Shown here piece after piece: positions 29,853 to 39,675 of a DNA stretch of 64,000 bases (position 1 is its first letter; the number at the start of each line of letters is the position of its first letter). The stretch spans positions 1,760,001-1,824,000 of the forward strand of contig CBDCDZ010000004.1 in the NCBI GenBank assembly GCA_965215565.1. Reading direction: 5' to 3'. Source of the DNA: Trueperaceae bacterium. Its GTDB lineage: Bacteria; Deinococcota; Deinococci; Deinococcales; Trueperaceae. The notes under the pieces were generated by a model that ran no database searches, was not told the DNA's origin, and saw only the letters and a list, made by a program, of their open reading frames with translations. Both the position numbers and the translations under genes were made by a program.

Positions 29853-30623
29853 ATGAAGGTCATCGGCGCAAACGTCGGGGGGGACTTCCGGGTTGTGCGT
29901 CAGCTCGCGAGGGGCACACTTGCCCGAATTTACCTCGTGAGCGACGGTAGAAGCGTCAAAGTGCTCAAACTGTTTCCACCTAATTTCGCTGCCAGAGCCG
30001 AGCGCGAACTGCGTATAGGTTGCAGCTTGGACCATCCCCGCCTCAACCCTGTGGAAGCGGGGCTCGAGCTGAGCGGCTACCCCTGCGTCATCATGCCCTT
30101 CGTCCGCGGCGTGCAGCTCAGTGAATGGCTCGTCTATGCGGACCTGGCGCGTTTCATAGCCCTTTTGGGTCAAGTGTTGGAGGGGCTCGAGTACCTCCAC
30201 GCCCAGGGCATCGTCCACCGCGACATCAAGCCGGAGAATATCCTGGTGGACGCGCAAGACGCGCCGCACCTCATCGACTTCGACTTAGCCGTTCACGTCA
30301 ACGAGCCACCTCATAGGGGCGCGGGCACCGTGGCGTATCTCAGCCCCGAGCAAGCGCGAGGGGAGCGGACGACGCCCGCCTCGGACCTCTACGCGGTAGG
30401 CGTCTTGCTCTACCGCGTCTTGACGGGCGAAGTCCCTTTTAGCGGCAGCGTGAATGAGGTCATCACCATGCACCGCGAAGTGACGCCGCTCGCGCCCTCG
30501 AGCTTTAACCCCTCGCTGCAGCCCTTTGATGCGCTGTGCCTCGAGCTACTAGCGAAAGACGCCGAGGCGAGACCGTCAGCAGCGCAGACAATAGCGAAGC
30601 TTCAGGATTTACGCAACATCTGA
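29853..30623 (+). CDS. Hanks-type Ser/Thr protein kinase
   Basis: HRDIKPENIL, LIDFD, GTVAYLSPEQ, SDLYAVG. Confidence 0.93.
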   Translation: MKVIGANVGGDFRVVRQLARGTLARIYLVSDGRSVKVLKLFPPNFAARAERELRIGCSLDHPRLNPVEAGLELSGYPCVIMPFVRGVQLSEWLVYADLARFIALLGQVLEGLEYLHAQGIVHRDIKPENILVDAQDAPHLIDFDLAVHVNEPPHRGAGTVAYLSPEQARGERTTPASDLYAVGVLLYRVLTGEVPFSGSVNEVITMHREVTPLAPSSFNPSLQPFDALCLELLAKDAEARPSAAQTIAKLQDLRNI

Positions 30624-30701
30624 CGCGCTTCACTGCGCCCTAGCTCCACGAACTTAGATGAACTCGGGTAGCGCCTCCATTTACCGAGTTACAATACCTC
30701 C

Positions 30702-32945
30702 ATGAACGAACGCCTCGCGCTCAGCGCCCTCGCGGTCCTTACCCTTCTCAGCCTCTTCTTCGCGCCTTGGGCAACTTTGGAGCGCGAAATCGGAGCGCGC
30801 AGCTCGCTCCTCTTGCTGCCGAGCCGCACCGTGGACTTCACCGGACGCGCCGCGCCCACCGAAGTGCCGGGGCAGAGCATTGTGCTCGCGGTGAGCGCCC
30901 TCTCGCTCGCGGCGGTTGCGGGGGGCGCGTTCTTGAAAGGGCGCAGGCGCTACGCGGTGTGGCTCGCCTCGGGTCTTATCCTTATCGCGACGACGGCGAC
31001 TGGGCTCGCCAACTTAAATGGTGCGCTGAACGACGCCCGTACCGGCGTGATTGTGAGGAGCGCAGAGCGGACCTTGGAGCGCGGGCGCGGACGCTTCGAC
31101 GAGGACGCGCTGCGCGCCGCGATTGCGGACGCCGAAGACGCCTCCTTCAACGAGACCTTGACCGCCATCCGCGACGCTGGTGTGCGTGTGCGCCGCCTGC
31201 CCTTCTCGGGCTCTGGGATGAACTTAGCTGCGTTCTTGTCTGTCGCCGTCGGCGGCTTGGCGCTCCTCTTAGGACTGCGCGTCTCGCCGCGTCTGAGCCG
31301 AGCGCTAGACCGCGCCTTCGCTACTATCGCCGTGCCCGCCGTCTCCATCGCCCTCGCGCTCGTCGCGGCGGCGGTTGTCGTACTCGGCTTGCAGCCCACG
31401 GCGGTAGGGCAAGGCGTCGAAGTTGAAGGGGCGCTGATGTACCTAACGGGTAGGCTCGACACGCTCTACTTTTCCTACCAAACGCTCTTCTCGGATTCGC
31501 TCGGCACGCTCGGCGGTTTTATGGAGTCCTTGAAGTTCGCTACACCTCTTATCTTTACGGGTTTAGCGGTGGCGTTCGGCTTTCGGGCGGGACTTTTCAA
31601 CATCGGTGCGCCGGGGCAGATGGTTTTAGGCGCAATCTTCGCGGGGCTCGTCGGCATCTACATGCCGGGGCCGCGCTTTATCGTCCTACCTCTTGCGGTC
31701 TTCTCGGCAGCGCTCGGCGGCGGGCTGTGGGGCGCATTACCTGGCTGGCTCAAGGCGCGGTTCGGAGCGAACGAGGTCATCAATACAATTCTCTTGAATT
31801 ACATCGCGGCATCTTTGCTGCTCTTTATCCTCTCGAGTCGTCAAGTCTTCGCCGCGTCGGTACTCTACATGATCTATACCATCGCCGTTTTCGCCCTTAT
31901 CGGTATCGTACTGAGTCTCATTCCACCTGTAAGGAAGTTTTTCGCGAAAGCGCCCAGATTTTCCTTTGCAGGCTTCGGCGTGGTTCTTCTCGTCGCCGTC
32001 ATCGTCGTCGGTTCGTTGTACGCTGGTGACCCTCCGGTCAACTTAGGTTTGCCCTTCAAAGCCCCCGGCTCCGAGCCCAAGTCTTACCCTCTCTCCGAAG
32101 CCGCGCGGCTCTCGCAAGTGCCCGCGCTCGTCGGGGTGGAACGCGGCGCAGTTGGAGTGAACGCCGTGCCAATTAACTACGCGCTGCCGCTCGCGGTGAT
32201 TGCTGCACTTCTGGCACTGGCGTATGTGCCTAAAGTCAGTAAGAGGTTGAGCGGATGGGGAGCCAGAGCAGGCGCAGCCGCCCTTACAGGAGGCGTCGTC
32301 TACGGCGTCGCCGCGCTCGCTGGGCTCACTTCTGTAGAAACCGACATTCCCCCAACCAAGCTCAATACCTCGTTCGTCCTCGCCGTCCTCTCCGCTGTGT
32401 TTATGTACGTCCTCATGTGGCGCACCAAATGGGGCTACGAACTCCGCGCGGTGGGCTTAGCGCCCAAAGCGGCGGAGTATGGGGGGGCGAGTATTTCGCG
32501 CAACATCATTCTGGCGATGGGCATCAGCGGCGCGTTCGCGGGGCTGACGGCGTGCCACTACGTGTTGGGGGGAGCCCTGGAGGACTACTCCCTGCGTCAA
32601 TCGCTGCCCACCAACGACGGCTTCGACGGTATCGCGGTCGCGCTTTTAGGCGGCAACACACCGCTCGGCGTTGTCTTGTCCGCTTTCTTATTCGGCGTTC
32701 TAAAAAACGGCGGTTCGATTCTGAACATCACCTTCAGTGACCTTACACGAGATGTCGTCAACATGATTCTCGCTTTAGTCGTTCTCTTCATTGCCGCCAA
32801 AGGTTTCCTCCCAGACCGCCTCACCAACCCCGTGCGCCGCCAAGCCGAAACCGAACAGGGCATAGACCCCGAGGAGAGCCAACCGCTTGACCCGCCTGGC
32901 AAACCTGTTCGAAGCGCAAGTGATACAGCGGAGAGTCAAGCATGA
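30702..32945 (+). CDS. Nucleoside/simple-sugar ABC permease (BPD_transp_2) with N-terminal extension
   Basis: ATPLIFTGLAVAFGFRAGLFNIGAPGQ, NEVINTILLN, GYELRAVG, GFDGIAVALLG. Confidence 0.88.
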   Translation: MNERLALSALAVLTLLSLFFAPWATLEREIGARSSLLLLPSRTVDFTGRAAPTEVPGQSIVLAVSALSLAAVAGGAFLKGRRRYAVWLASGLILIATTATGLANLNGALNDARTGVIVRSAERTLERGRGRFDEDALRAAIADAEDASFNETLTAIRDAGVRVRRLPFSGSGMNLAAFLSVAVGGLALLLGLRVSPRLSRALDRAFATIAVPAVSIALALVAAAVVVLGLQPTAVGQGVEVEGALMYLTGRLDTLYFSYQTLFSDSLGTLGGFMESLKFATPLIFTGLAVAFGFRAGLFNIGAPGQMVLGAIFAGLVGIYMPGPRFIVLPLAVFSAALGGGLWGALPGWLKARFGANEVINTILLNYIAASLLLFILSSRQVFAASVLYMIYTIAVFALIGIVLSLIPPVRKFFAKAPRFSFAGFGVVLLVAVIVVGSLYAGDPPVNLGLPFKAPGSEPKSYPLSEAARLSQVPALVGVERGAVGVNAVPINYALPLAVIAALLALAYVPKVSKRLSGWGARAGAAALTGGVVYGVAALAGLTSVETDIPPTKLNTSFVLAVLSAVFMYVLMWRTKWGYELRAVGLAPKAAEYGGASISRNIILAMGISGAFAGLTACHYVLGGALEDYSLRQSLPTNDGFDGIAVALLGGNTPLGVVLSAFLFGVLKNGGSILNITFSDLTRDVVNMILALVVLFIAAKGFLPDRLTNPVRRQAETEQGIDPEESQPLDPPGKPVRSASDTAESQA

Positions 32946-33874
32946 TTGAGACCGCGCTGCTCCTCACCCTTATCGGCTCGACTTTACGCGCCACCACGCC
33001 GCTGCTCTTTGCCGCGCTGGGCGGGCTCTTCAGCGAACGCGCGGGCGTTGTCAATATCGCTTTAGAAGGCATCATCCTCTTCGGCGCGTTCGCCGCCGCT
33101 GTAACAACGCAGCTCATCGAAGCGCCCTATCTCGCGGAAAACCCCCGCGCCTACGTCCCCTTCGCCCCCTGGCTCGGCGTCCTCGCGGCGATGATTGTCG
33201 GCGGCTTCGTCGGCTGGATTCACGCGGTCATCTCGATTCGCTATAAGGCGGACCAGATCATCTCCGGGACCGCCATTAACCTTATGGCAATAGGGCTGCC
33301 CTCCGTGCTCCTCGTCGCGCTCTACGGCAACAACGCCACGAGCGAGCCCATACGCAACCGCCTACCCGAAATCGGCAGCGGCGCGTTTCAGTTTAGCCCC
33401 TTGGTCTACCTCGCCTTCGCGCTCGTCCCCGTCGTCTACTACGTCGTCTTCCGCACGCCCTTCGGCTTGCGCCTGCGCTCGGTTGGCGAGCATCCCGAAG
33501 CGGCGGACAGCGTCGGCATCGGCGTAAGGCGGATGCGCTACTACGGCGTCGTCCTCTCGGGCGTATTGGCAGGGCTCGGCGGCGCGTACCTTAGTATCGG
33601 CAACCTCAACCAGTTCATCGCGGAGATGTCCGGTGGACGCGGCTTCATCGCGTTAGCGGCGCTCATCTTCGGCAAGTGGCACCCCCTAGGCGTCCTCGGC
33701 GCGACGTTGCTGTTTGGCGCGTTCGAGGCGGCGGCGACGCTTTTGGGCGGCGGTCAACTGATGCCTTCCTCCGTGGTGCAGAGCATCCCCTTTATTCTGA
33801 CGATGCTCGTGCTGGCGGGCTTTATCGGGCGGGCAGTGCCGCCTAAGGCGATTGGGAAGCCGTATGAGAAGTGA
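32942..33874 (+). CDS. Nucleoside/simple-sugar ABC permease
   Basis: SERAGVVNIALEG, GLRLRSVGEHPEAA, GRGFIALAALIFGKW. Confidence 0.93.
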   Translation: MIETALLLTLIGSTLRATTPLLFAALGGLFSERAGVVNIALEGIILFGAFAAAVTTQLIEAPYLAENPRAYVPFAPWLGVLAAMIVGGFVGWIHAVISIRYKADQIISGTAINLMAIGLPSVLLVALYGNNATSEPIRNRLPEIGSGAFQFSPLVYLAFALVPVVYYVVFRTPFGLRLRSVGEHPEAADSVGIGVRRMRYYGVVLSGVLAGLGGAYLSIGNLNQFIAEMSGGRGFIALAALIFGKWHPLGVLGATLLFGAFEAAATLLGGGQLMPSSVVQSIPFILTMLVLAGFIGRAVPPKAIGKPYEK

Positions 33875-33925
33875 GGTTTGTAGTTTGAAGTTCGTAGTTT
33901 TTTTAGGCATCAAAAGAGGTTCAGT

Positions 33926-34315
33926 ATGGATGAAATACTGAGATACATTTCTCTACTTACTCTCGTTGGCACAGCTATTTCTTTTGTTATCGGTTTGTTT
34001 CAATGGATAGATCAGAGGAACCGTGAGCAAAAGCAGAAAGAGTACGAAGCGTTTCATAGAATGGTTTGCCTCGCTTCTGGCGTTGGTGAGTCAGGCGAAA
34101 GTATAAGAATGGTGCAGCAGATAGCAGCCATCTATCAACTTCAAGCATATAAGCAGTATGCTTTTGCTTCTGTTCCAGTTTTGGAGCTAATGCAATTCGA
34201 ATGGGAGCAAATTCACGACAAAGATGTACGATCTGATCATATGGACAAGGCAGTAAGCGAGACAATTTCGGTATTGTCAGAACACTCGAGCAAGAACCCT
34301 CTTCCCCGTACATGA
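33926..34315 (+). CDS. Hypothetical low-GC membrane-anchored protein
   Basis: AGAGG RBS, N-terminal TM helix; AT-richer than the flanks. Confidence 0.65.
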   Translation: MDEILRYISLLTLVGTAISFVIGLFQWIDQRNREQKQKEYEAFHRMVCLASGVGESGESIRMVQQIAAIYQLQAYKQYAFASVPVLELMQFEWEQIHDKDVRSDHMDKAVSETISVLSEHSSKNPLPRT

Positions 34316-34325
34316 AAGGGAACCC

Positions 34326-34493
34326 GTGAGCGAAAATAAAACCTCTATTTCAAAGGCGACTTCTTACGAAGAAGCTGGGGAATATTGGGACGAGCACGAC
34401 CTCAGTGAAGTTTGGGAGCAGACACAAGAGGTCGAATTTGAGGTTGATATTCAAAGCTCTACTACTCACCCAGGGCTGTCGAGTAAGCGCTAA
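34326..34493 (+). pseudogene. Truncated CopG-like antitoxin fragment
   Basis: SYEEAGEYWDEHDLSEVWEQTQEVEFEVDI motif; lacks the C-terminal RHH region and has no toxin partner. Confidence 0.55.
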
Positions 34494-34505
34494 GTAAACC
34501 TCTAT

Positions 34506-34929
34506 ATGCTCGTCCTCGAGTCAAACACTTACCTCAAAGACCCGCCAGATATATCCCTAGAAGCGTGGTGGCAGGTACTCGTCAACATTGAGGCAGACTT
34601 TACCGCTTATGTTGACGGCGATGTTCTCGTTCAAGACTCTCACTGGTGCGCTGTTGAATGTGCGCAGCAACTGAAAAGCTGGCTGAAAGACTCGAGCCAA
34701 GCCTTCTCCTACACCTCAATGGACACCGGACGAGACCTTGCTTTGGTTCAAACCCGTTGCAGATGGAACATGGCGCGTTGGGTCAGCTTGGCAGACGAAA
34801 AGTTTTGATGTTCCGCTCAGGCTCGAGCAAATTGAGCTTGCTTGTCAAACCTACATCGAGTCGGTTGAAAAAGCAGTCGCGGATACTTTTGGTATTGACC
34901 TTACAGATTTTCCCGAATATACGACCTAA
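34506..34929 (+). pseudogene. Hypothetical protein with a +1 frameshift near 34726
   Basis: FSYTSMDT joins DETLLWFKPVADG...IDLTDFPEYTT if one base is removed; span 424 = 3n+1. Confidence 0.6.
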
Positions 34930-35033
34930 CTATAGAGAACCTTCGACCTCTTCCTCTTCCGCGTCTGGCAGCCCATTCACCAAATCAGTGAGCTTGACAT
35001 GAATCCTCGAGCCGATAAACGCGCAAAATAGGC

Positions 35034-35957
35034 TCAGCCAAATAGAGGCTTTGACTGAGGCGACCATATCTTCTGTTCTTGCCCTGAACGTAACCAATCG
35101 ATTGCCGTCTCGAGGTCATCCGTCCACACATCATTGGGTTCTGGTGACACGGGTTGAAAGTAGTTCACACGCTCAGGATATTTTGGATGAGGCAGTAACC
35201 ACCTTCCAAGCGTGAAGTGAAAGCGTGTCCAATCCTCTGTGGCGGGATATAAACACACCGCGAGAATGTCGAATTCGCCATACTCGTAAAGCCTAAACGG
35301 TATCTTCGTGCGCGTCTTTTGAGGCTCAACGATGTAGTAACCGGGCTCGAATTTATAGCCGCCCGTTTTACTACCGTCCGTTACGATAGGCCTCTCTTCA
35401 ACCTCGCTCCGCCTTTGCAACTTAGCTTGAATTTTTACCTCGCCCTGAGCATCTTTGATGAGGTAGTCGTACGGATAGTCGCCGATAGGTGTAACGTCTT
35501 CCCAGCCGTCCAAAAGTTCAATAACGTTCGTTCCTAGCGACGCTTCTGCGACGATGCCTTTCAAATTTCGCTTAGTGATGTCGGACGAACGGATAATGGC
35601 CTCCATCAACGTTTCTGCGTCTGTGTGCCACTCACTTTCTAAGGGGTGGGGAACGACTTCGCTCCGTAGCTTGTTGTGTAGCAAGCGCTTTTCCACTTCT
35701 GAAAGGTTTGAGACCATGTCGTAGATTGTTTCGAGGTCACTCATCTTTTTAGGTCTTCCTGGTGGCAAGGGTTCGTATGATTCAATGTCTTCACGACTTA
35801 CTAGGGTGTTGCCGCCTATCTCGAGCGTTCTGATACGCCCGTTTTTCACCAGCTTATTGATAGCTTGCCTAGACACGCCCCTGATACGTGCTGCCTCCGC
35901 TTGTGATACCCAGTTGGCAAAGTCAACGCGCTGCTTAAAATGGGTTGACATTGTCAA
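35034..35957 (-). CDS. Putative restriction endonuclease with an N-terminal HTH domain
   Basis: WVSQAEAARIRGVSRQAINKLVKNGRI HTH; E...PYD-x10-IQAK PD-(D/E)xK-like motif; divergent from a methylase. Start may be the ATG at 35951. Confidence 0.75.
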   Translation of the reverse strand: MTMSTHFKQRVDFANWVSQAEAARIRGVSRQAINKLVKNGRIRTLEIGGNTLVSREDIESYEPLPPGRPKKMSDLETIYDMVSNLSEVEKRLLHNKLRSEVVPHPLESEWHTDAETLMEAIIRSSDITKRNLKGIVAEASLGTNVIELLDGWEDVTPIGDYPYDYLIKDAQGEVKIQAKLQRRSEVEERPIVTDGSKTGGYKFEPGYYIVEPQKTRTKIPFRLYEYGEFDILAVCLYPATEDWTRFHFTLGRWLLPHPKYPERVNYFQPVSPEPNDVWTDDLETAIDWLRSGQEQKIWSPQSKPLFG

Positions 35958-36038
35958 CCCATTTATAATATGATTGACCTGGTATAGTTCTGTCAGCTAG
36001 CGCCATGTGAATAACTATAGCGTATTGAAGGGGTTCCT

Positions 36039-37034
36039 TTGAGCACTACCGCTGAGCAGCCGAAAATTCTTTTTAACAAAGAGATAAATCCTAAGAGGCT
36101 TCTGCCTGACCTCGATCCTCTATATCAAACCAACTACGGTAGCGCTTATGTCCGAGATTCGTTAGAGCTTTTGAAGCAACTGCCTGAGAATTCAGTTAAT
36201 GCTATCGTCACATCGCCGCCCTACGCACTACACTTTCAAAAAGAGTATAAAAAAGCTGAGGACAAGCACAATTGGACGAAAGATGCATACATAGACTGGT
36301 TTCTTCCCTTTGCGCGTGAGATTCACCGCGTCCTGACTGATGACGGAAGTTTTGTCTTAAATATTGGTGGAAGCTACAATAAGGGTAGCCCAACACGTTC
36401 GCTCTACCACTTCAAACTATTGATCGCATTAGTAGAAGAAGTCGGCTTTCATCTGGCGCAGGAGTGCTTCTGGTTCAATCCAGCTAAGATGCCCGTTCCT
36501 GCTGAATGGGTAACGGTTCGCCGCATTCGCGTCCGCGACTCCGTTGAATACGTATGGTGGCTGGGTAAGACAGAATGGCCTAAGAGCAATAACCGAAATG
36601 TCTTACGTCCTTACAGTGAGGATATGAAGCGACTCAACAAAAAAGGGCTTACGCAGCAGAAGCGTTCAAGCGGATACGAAATTAAGCCTAGCTTTAGCAG
36701 AGTTTCCGCGGGTGGCTCAATCCCGCCTAATGTTTTGGAAGAGCCTAACGAAATAGCCTTTGACATGCTCAAATTTGGTAATAACGCTGCTAATGATTCT
36801 TATATTAAAGGGTGTAAAGGAAGCGGTATCAAACCACATCCTGCACGTTTTCCTACCGCGCTGCCAGATTTCTTTATCAAACTGGTAACAGATGAAGGAG
36901 ACCTTGTACTTGACCCGTTTGCTGGCTCGAATACGACGGGCGCTGTGGCGGAAGGCTTGCAAAGGTATTGGCTTGCGTCAGATAGGGTGACGGAATATCT
37001 CGAGGCGAGCAAGTTTCGTTTCCAAGATCGGTGA
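36039..37034 (+). CDS. Beta-class N4-cytosine DNA methyltransferase (M.PvuII-like)
   Basis: TSPPY before HPARFP...[20 protein letters not shown] and [11 protein letters not shown] closely resemble M.PvuII. Confidence 0.93.
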   Translation: MSTTAEQPKILFNKEINPKRLLPDLDPLYQTNYGSAYVRDSLELLKQLPENSVNAIVTSPPYALHFQKEYKKAEDKHNWTKDAYIDWFLPFAREIHRVLTDDGSFVLNIGGSYNKGSPTRSLYHFKLLIALVEEVGFHLAQECFWFNPAKMPVPAEWVTVRRIRVRDSVEYVWWLGKTEWPKSNNRNVLRPYSEDMKRLNKKGLTQQKRSSGYEIKPSFSRVSAGGSIPPNVLEEPNEIAFDMLKFGNNAANDSYIKGCKGSGIKPHPARFPTALPDFFIKLVTDEGDLVLDPFAGSNTTGAVAEGLQRYWLASDRVTEYLEASKFRFQDR

Positions 37035-37126
37035 GGTTTACCTGAATCCCCCTACCCACAAACATGATAGGGTCTTTCATAATTTAAGCAGAGGGGGCGC
37101 GTCCTCCCTCTTGGAGGATTCACAAC

Positions 37127-38668
37127 ATGGCATTCGAACGAGCATCCGGTATCTTGCTACACCCCACCTCTCTCCCCGGCGGGCACGGCGTCGGCGACTT
37201 GGGGCAGGGCGCATTTTCGTGGCTGGACTTTTTGGAGCGCTCAGGGCAGCGGCTCTGGCAGGTCTTACCGCTCGGTCCGACGGGTTTTGGCGACTCACCT
37301 TATCAGTGCTTCAGCGCTTTTGCTGGCAACCCGTACCTCATCAGTTTGGACAAGCTGGTAGAGGAGGAACTCTTAGAGCGTGAGGCTTTAGAGAATAGCC
37401 CTGACTTCTCTGAAGATGAGGTGGAGTACGGTGAAGTCATCCCCTTTAAGCTGGGCGTGCTGAATCAGTCCTACGAAGTTTTCAAAGAACGCGCCACGGA
37501 GCAGCAGAAAGAGTCGTTCAACACGTTTTGTGACCAGCAGGCGTATTGGCTCGAGGACTACGCTTTATTCATGTCCTGCAAAGAAGCCAACGAAGGACGC
37601 GCCTGGAATGAGTGGGACGAGGGCCTGCGCAAGCGTAAAAAACGCGCTCTGAACGCACACAAGAAGGAACACGCCGAGACCATCCAGCGCTGGCGCTACT
37701 GGCAGTGGCTTTTCTACACGCAGTGGTTGGAGGTCAAACGCTACGCCAACGAGCGCGACATCAAAGTCATCGGCGACATCCCCATCTTCATCGCCTACGA
37801 CTCCGCCGACGCTTGGGCGAACCCCAACCTCTTCTACTTCGACAAGGAGGGCAACCCGACCGTCGTGGCAGGAGTCCCGCCCGACTACTTCAGCGAGACG
37901 GGGCAGCGCTGGGGCAACCCGCTCTACCGCTGGGACAAGATGGCGAAAGACGGTTACGCCTGGTGGATTTCACGTTTTCAGTCTACTTTAGACTTCTTCG
38001 ACCTCATCCGCGTGGACCACTTTCGCGGTTTCGAAGCGTACTGGGAGATTCCCGCTGACGAGCCGACTGCGATTAAAGGGCGTTGGGTGGAGGGACCGGG
38101 ACAAAAGTTCTTTGACGCGCTAAGGGGGGCGTTAGGCGAGCTTCCCATCATCGCGGAAGACCTGGGCATCATCACACCTCCAGTCGAGGCGCTGCGCGAC
38201 GATAACGAGCTTCCCGGCATGAAAGTCTTGCAGTTCGCCTTTGCGGACGGCGGCGACGATATGTACTTGCCGCACAACTACACGCCCAACTTTGTGGTCT
38301 ACACAGGCACACACGACAACGACACGACGCTCGGCTGGTACAACCATGCACCTGAAAAAGAGCAGGACTTCGTGCGGCGCTACTTGGCGCGGGACGAACA
38401 GAACATCGTCTGGGACTTGATTCGCTTGGCGTTTGCGTCAGTGGCGGACTTAGCGGTTGTGCCGCTTCAAGATGTGCTGCGCTTAGGGACAGAGGCGCGG
38501 ATGAATCTACCGGGGCGTGCCGGGGGGAACTGGAGTTGGCGCTACCGCCCGGAGCAGTTGGAGGATTGGCTCGAGCCCGCGTTCAAAGATATGGCAGAGA
38601 GCTACGCGCGGGTGAGCGCGAAAGAGCCGGAGGACACACCGTATCGGCAATCGAAGGTGGAGAGATGA
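37127..38668 (+). CDS. malQ: 4-alpha-glucanotransferase (amylomaltase, GH77)
   Basis: SGILLHPTSLPG, GVPPDYFSETGQRWGNP, RVDHFRGF, IAEDLG, YTGTHDNDT. Confidence 0.98.
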   Translation: MAFERASGILLHPTSLPGGHGVGDLGQGAFSWLDFLERSGQRLWQVLPLGPTGFGDSPYQCFSAFAGNPYLISLDKLVEEELLEREALENSPDFSEDEVEYGEVIPFKLGVLNQSYEVFKERATEQQKESFNTFCDQQAYWLEDYALFMSCKEANEGRAWNEWDEGLRKRKKRALNAHKKEHAETIQRWRYWQWLFYTQWLEVKRYANERDIKVIGDIPIFIAYDSADAWANPNLFYFDKEGNPTVVAGVPPDYFSETGQRWGNPLYRWDKMAKDGYAWWISRFQSTLDFFDLIRVDHFRGFEAYWEIPADEPTAIKGRWVEGPGQKFFDALRGALGELPIIAEDLGIITPPVEALRDDNELPGMKVLQFAFADGGDDMYLPHNYTPNFVVYTGTHDNDTTLGWYNHAPEKEQDFVRRYLARDEQNIVWDLIRLAFASVADLAVVPLQDVLRLGTEARMNLPGRAGGNWSWRYRPEQLEDWLEPAFKDMAESYARVSAKEPEDTPYRQSKVER

Positions 38669-38691
38669 ACTATATCGAGTAAACTAAAGCT

Positions 38692-38931
38692 ATGAACTCA
38701 AATACCGACCTCTTAGAGCGCATCACCATCAATCCAGAAGTGCGAAGCGGTAAACCCTGCATCAAGGATACGCGGATTACTGTTTACGACGTGCTCGAGT
38801 ACCTCGCAGGCGGCATGAGTGAGGACGAAATCCTGGAGGATTTTCCGAGTTTGCAGCGTGAAGATATAAGAGCGGTTCTGACGTTTGCCGCGGTTCGTGA
38901 GCGCAGGCTGGCGGGCTCAGCGGCTGCGTGA
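38692..38931 (+). CDS. DUF433 antitoxin
   Basis: ITINPEVRSGKPCIKDTRITVYDVL...EILEDFPSL. Confidence 0.93.
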   Translation: MNSNTDLLERITINPEVRSGKPCIKDTRITVYDVLEYLAGGMSEDEILEDFPSLQREDIRAVLTFAAVRERRLAGSAAA

Positions 38932-39254
38932 AGCTCCTCTTCGATGAGAATTTGAGTCCGAAGCTGGTGAGGCTACTTGAAGATATCTTTCCAGGCAGCG
39001 CTCAAATCGAGCTTTTGGGAATGCGTGGAGAAACCGACCTTGCCATCTGGGAGTTCGCAAAACGTGAAGGTTTCACTATCGTCTCAAAGGACAATGATTT
39101 TCGTCAGCGCTCTTTCCTCTTAGGAGCGCCGCCCAAAGTCATCTGGTTGTCGGTAGGAAATTTGGGAACTTCTACTATTGCTGCTATTCTCGAGCAAAAC
39201 GCTTCGCGGATAGCAGCATTTTTAGAGCAGGACGAAGGGCTTTTGATTCTCTAG
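38928..39254 (+). CDS. DUF5615 PIN-like toxin (VapC45-like)
   Basis: KLLFDENLS, DLAIWEFAK, IVSKDNDF, PPKVIWL; GTGA overlap with the antitoxin. Confidence 0.92.
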   Translation: MKLLFDENLSPKLVRLLEDIFPGSAQIELLGMRGETDLAIWEFAKREGFTIVSKDNDFRQRSFLLGAPPKVIWLSVGNLGTSTIAAILEQNASRIAAFLEQDEGLLIL

Positions 39255-39263
39255 TGTTGAGCT

Positions 39264-39369
39264 GCTTACAACATCCTCAAGACCCTAGCAAGCGGCATAA
39301 GCAAAAATCGAAATCCTCGAGGATTTCCCAAGTCTCGAGCGTGAAGATATTTGGGCGGTGCTCGAGTTC
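39264..39369 (+). pseudogene. Degenerate DUF433 fragment
   Basis: AYNILKTLASGISKN/EILEDFPSLEREDIWAVLEF aligns with VYDVLEYLAGGMSEDEILEDFPSLQREDIRAVLTF of 38692-38931. Confidence 0.75.
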
Positions 39370-39407
39370 CGATTGCTTTTGTATAACGTTTGCTTTACAA
39401 TTATCGT

Positions 39408-39674
39408 ATGTCAACGCAGAAAACAGAACAGGTCAACGTCCGTATGCGTCCTGAGGTCAAGGCAGCGGCTGAGGATGTCTTCGACACATTAGGATTAACC
39501 CCGACCCAAGCGATTACGCTCTTTTACCGACAGGTGGGGTTACAGCGGGGTCTGCCCTTCGAGCTTAAAGTGCCGAATGAGGAGACGTTGCAAGCGGTAG
39601 AAGATACAAGAGCGGGGCGAGACACGACGCGCTACGCTGATGTGTCGGAGATGCGTGAGAAGTTAGGGCTCTGA
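39408..39674 (+). CDS. RelB/DinJ-family antitoxin
   Basis: VNVRMRPEVKAAAEDVF..LGLTPTQAITLF...GLPFELKVPNEET. Confidence 0.93.
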   Translation: MSTQKTEQVNVRMRPEVKAAAEDVFDTLGLTPTQAITLFYRQVGLQRGLPFELKVPNEETLQAVEDTRAGRDTTRYADVSEMREKLGL

Positions 39675-39675
39675 G

